A stretch of 63,882 bases of DNA, counting the filler, from Perkinsus chesapeaki ATCC PRA-425 (Eukaryota > Protista > Perkinsozoa), in the NCBI GenBank assembly GCA_013115145.1. It is 10 parts of 10 records of this genome, joined end to end, with 100 filler letters (N's around TTAATTAATTAA, not from the genome) between each part and the next. Parts side by side here need not be neighbours in the genome. Positions count along the whole stretch, not along the records: positions 60,995 to 62,714 come from JAAPAO010001812.1; positions 62,815 to 63,882 come from JAAPAO010002227.1; 8 more parts are not named here. One strand, written 5' to 3'. Numbering within the stretch: position 1 is the first letter of the stretch; each line of letters opens with the position of its first letter. The translations under genes and the position numbers were made by a program. Positions 60,995-63,882 of the stretch are shown one piece after another. The notes beneath the pieces were generated by a model that did no database searches, was not told the DNA's origin, and saw only the letters and a list, made by a program, of their open reading frames with translations.

Positions 60995-61564
60995 ATTGCT
61001 ATAGACGACGAGTGCATTGCCAGATTCAACAACCTTAAAGAGAACCACGACAAGAGGTAAATAGTGGAATATCTTTCCCATTCATTACTAACTGTTATAG
61101 GTATATCATATACAAGTTGAATGACAACAGAGTCGTCGTGGATTCCGAGGGAGACAGAGGTCAGAAGTATGACGATTTCTATCGTGTACGCTTAAGAATA
61201 ACGGCTGTGTTTGTCAACACCATTTGTTCAGGCCATCCTTGCTAGTGGTGAGCCTCGATTCGGTGTCATTGACTTTGAATTCGATAATGAAAACACCGGT
61301 GATGTAAAGGCTTGCTAATTTATATTTGAGTGTATTGTAATTTATCAGAGGATGGTGCTCGTGTTGTGGATCCCAGAAACCGCAGCTTCAATGATGAAGA
61401 TGAAGTAAGTGCGTTGGCAAATCAACGCGTTGCAAATTCATTTCGCCAGATACGCTTCGGTGAAGAATGAAATGAGCATTGCTTTATCCGGCATTTATCG
61501 CCAAGTTCAAGCTACTGATGAACAGGAGCTAGATATCGAAGCTATCAAACAGCATTTCTTGTGA
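60995..61564 (+). CDS. Cofilin / actin-depolymerizing factor, 5 exons; first codons lost in the gap
   Basis: Spliced reading IAIDDECIARFNNLKENHDKR-YIIYKLNDNRVVVDSEGDRGQKYDDFYR-AILASGEPRFGVIDFEF..-RMVLVLWIPETAASMMKMK-YASVKNEMSIALSGIYRQVQATDEQELD; all introns GT-AG. Confidence 0.92.
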
Positions 61565-62144
61565 TGTGATTGTGATTTAGCTATTTTGTTATCATCTTGA
61601 GTGTGATCGTTTCCCCCGACTTGGTGAATATGTTGAAAGTGAAAAGGTTGTCCAACTTCCCGTGAGATCATTCATTATGACACGAAGCATCAAACGCAAT
61701 CGTATATGGGTCAAGATTTACCGAACTCACTCAATTGGCACGGGCCTGATGAAGCTGCGAAGAAGGCTTGTACACGCACCGCAGAGTTTGGGTGTCATGA
61801 TAAAACAAGCTTCGATGGCGATGAAGACCGATAATGAGGCTCGCAAGCACTTATTTTCAAGACAAGAATCTCTGGATAGCTCACCGAGCCGCCGTTCGTG
61901 CCATGATTCCCACTCGTCATGTATTAGAACAAGCCGCTATGTTAATGTTGTCATGCAAGCCTGTAAAGAGTGTGACCTATGGAGAATGGTACTTCCCCTC
62001 CAACCGACGTGAACCAACTTTATCTTGGAAATGTCGACCATACTGGGAAGGCCTCTATAGTCTATACTTCATCGGCTGCTCGGGGTTACGTGAAAGAAAT
62101 TCTTTCACATCTATTCTTTTAAAGAATACGACCTAACCACCTGG

Positions 62145-62492
62145 GTGTCAACCAATCTTTTATCATTAACCGAGGTTGGGCCAATTGCTAAAGGACATAA
62201 TGATGAACTCATTTATTGCGATCATCAGAAGCCCGAGTATATATTTAAAAAGGTTGTTGATACCCTAACAGTACAGTACCACATTGATACTGGAGTAACC
62301 AGACCTCACCACATGGCTGCCCTGACATGGGATTCGGTGACAAGTATATATGCTATATATGCTGTACGTCCTGGTTACCAGGAAGGATCTATAGAGCTTC
62401 TGAGGCTGTCACATGATGGCAGGCATATGAGTATTGAGCATCGAAGGAGAGGTGCACTGGTCGGTCTCGAGTGCTACGATACTTTCCTCTAG
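62145..62492 (+). CDS. Hypothetical protein fragment
   Basis: Open frame of protein-like composition, possibly joined to 61834-62136. No motif recognised. Confidence 0.25.
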   Translation: MSTNLLSLTEVGPIAKGHNDELIYCDHQKPEYIFKKVVDTLTVQYHIDTGVTRPHHMAALTWDSVTSIYAIYAVRPGYQEGSIELLRLSHDGRHMSIEHRRRGALVGLECYDTFL

Positions 62493-63265
62493 TCGAGATC
62501 AATCCGACTTCACCAAGACCCCTAAAGTTCAGACATTCTAATCACTTCCAGGTGGCAGTATCAGTATCAATTCTCTGGGAGTCGGTAAGGTGGATGTGTA
62601 GCCGCTTAGTGATGTCACTGTTATTGTCCACTAAAACGGGTTAATTATTTGTCCCGCATGGCGCAATATTCTGCCCAACTATGGCACATTTTTCAGACAG
62701 ATTCGGACGGCCCGNNNNNNNNNNNNNNNNNNNNNNNNNNNNNNNNNNNNNNNNNNNNTTAATTAATTAANNNNNNNNNNNNNNNNNNNNNNNNNNNNNN
62801 NNNNNNNNNNNNNNAACACATTCTTGGAAGTATTGGCTGCAGCCTGACCTTACTTCGATTGCATAGCTCGAACTTGGGTCTTGGGAACCTGTAGAGCTGC
62901 TTATAGCGGGTGCAGACATATCAAGCGGTAAGTTGGTTATCTGCACATCGTGTGTCATCATTCGTCGAATTACGGAATAGTCCAATTTCTTCGCAGCATA
63001 TGGGAGTCGCCCGATACTGCTCGCCGTTCTAGCTGCATAACCGGCAACGCCTCGACTTCTTGCCCTGTAAGCCTCGTTGATTTGGAGTGCGGGGGTTGTA
63101 TCGTATCTACAATAGCAGTTGAAAATAACACTGATGCAATAATTTGCTAGATACTGGCGTATATAGGGAAGCGTGCACGAAATGTATATTATTAACGTAT
63201 TGCGTAAGCATTGCGCAACTACTGTATATAATACATGAACCTCAGGTTTATCATTTCTCCTTCAC

Positions 63266-63850
63266 TCACTTCGGTCTTCCTCTACTTCTCGGTGCAAATG
63301 GCATTAGATCTACCAACTCGAATGATCCAAGCCGTCCTTCCAACAAAAGTTTAACTCCAAGACAATGTATGCACGCTTCTTGCTTTGGTTTCTTGTTATC
63401 TATTGATTTGTAGCAGGTACACCATATTTTGTCTCCATCGGCTCTACTGTCTATTATATATAGGTTCTCCACTGCATCGCGTAATGACTCCCATCGGTCC
63501 CAAGCCGGCGCATTAGAGTTGAGGTAACGGAGCAAGTAGTGCGCAGCAATATTATTTAGAGTTTCAGTGTCACCGGTAGCCTGTATAATGTCGTTGCTGG
63601 GTATCACGAAGTATCGTGACGAGTCATCGGTGAAAATTATTCGCGTCTTAATGGCCCATTCGGCCGCATCAGTAGCTTGGTTCAATGTGACTCCCTCCCC
63701 AGATACAGCCTCTTTTTCGCCTTCCCAAGCATAATCTTCTACTGTTTGCATTAATTGAGTCACCAGGCTGCTGAAGGAGCAGCCCTCTTGAATACGGCCT
63801 AAAGTACAAGCCTTGGCTCCTCTATGATCTTTAGATTCTACGTCATGCAA
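63266..63850 (-). CDS. SWIM zinc-finger ORF, possibly the C-terminus of a MULE-type transposase
   Basis: WCTC-x13-CIH fits the CxC-xn-CxH SWIM pattern and the ORF ends in an AT-hook-like RGRPK. No catalytic DDE region is visible inside the window. Confidence 0.65.
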   Translation of the reverse strand: MHDVESKDHRGAKACTLGRIQEGCSFSSLVTQLMQTVEDYAWEGEKEAVSGEGVTLNQATDAAEWAIKTRIIFTDDSSRYFVIPSNDIIQATGDTETLNNIAAHYLLRYLNSNAPAWDRWESLRDAVENLYIIDSRADGDKIWCTCYKSIDNKKPKQEACIHCLGVKLLLEGRLGSFELVDLMPFAPRSRGRPK

Positions 63851-63882
63851 TGGCGCTACTAGTCTACGTAGAATTTATACTA

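Overview
Eukaryotic nuclear DNA with many very short GT-AG introns. The gene families and gene style most resemble the alveolate parasite genus Perkinsus (inference; no search was run). The window is not continuous: it is 10 contigs joined by nine identical 100-bp spacers (N44-TTAATTAATTAA-N44), so adjacency across a spacer is unproven. Recognisable genes: phosphoglucomutase/phosphomannomutase, a secreted subtilisin-like protein lacking its catalytic His and Ser, a multi-exon CFAP57/WDR65-like gene, legumain (C13), an LRR/coiled-coil gene, a Methyltransf_24-type methyltransferase, a 12-Cys secreted protein, a GT34-like glycosyltransferase, a CRAL-TRIO protein, two gamma-glutamyl hydrolase paralogs, cofilin/ADF and a SWIM-finger ORF. 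Mobile DNA: an intact single-ORF Ty3/Gypsy element, DIRS-like gag and tyrosine recombinase remnants, and a decayed RNase H-bearing LINE. There is also a small tRNA-Thr(TGT) tandem array, two minisatellites and several long palindromes. The strongest unusual signal is in the Gypsy element: it has no tRNA primer-binding site, and a 13-nt sequence just inside its 5' LTR is the exact complement of a 13-mer within the LTR. This is the geometry of tRNA-independent self-priming (Tf1/sushi type), which I do not know of in alveolates. Boundaries of multi-exon genes are approximate because they were read by eye.
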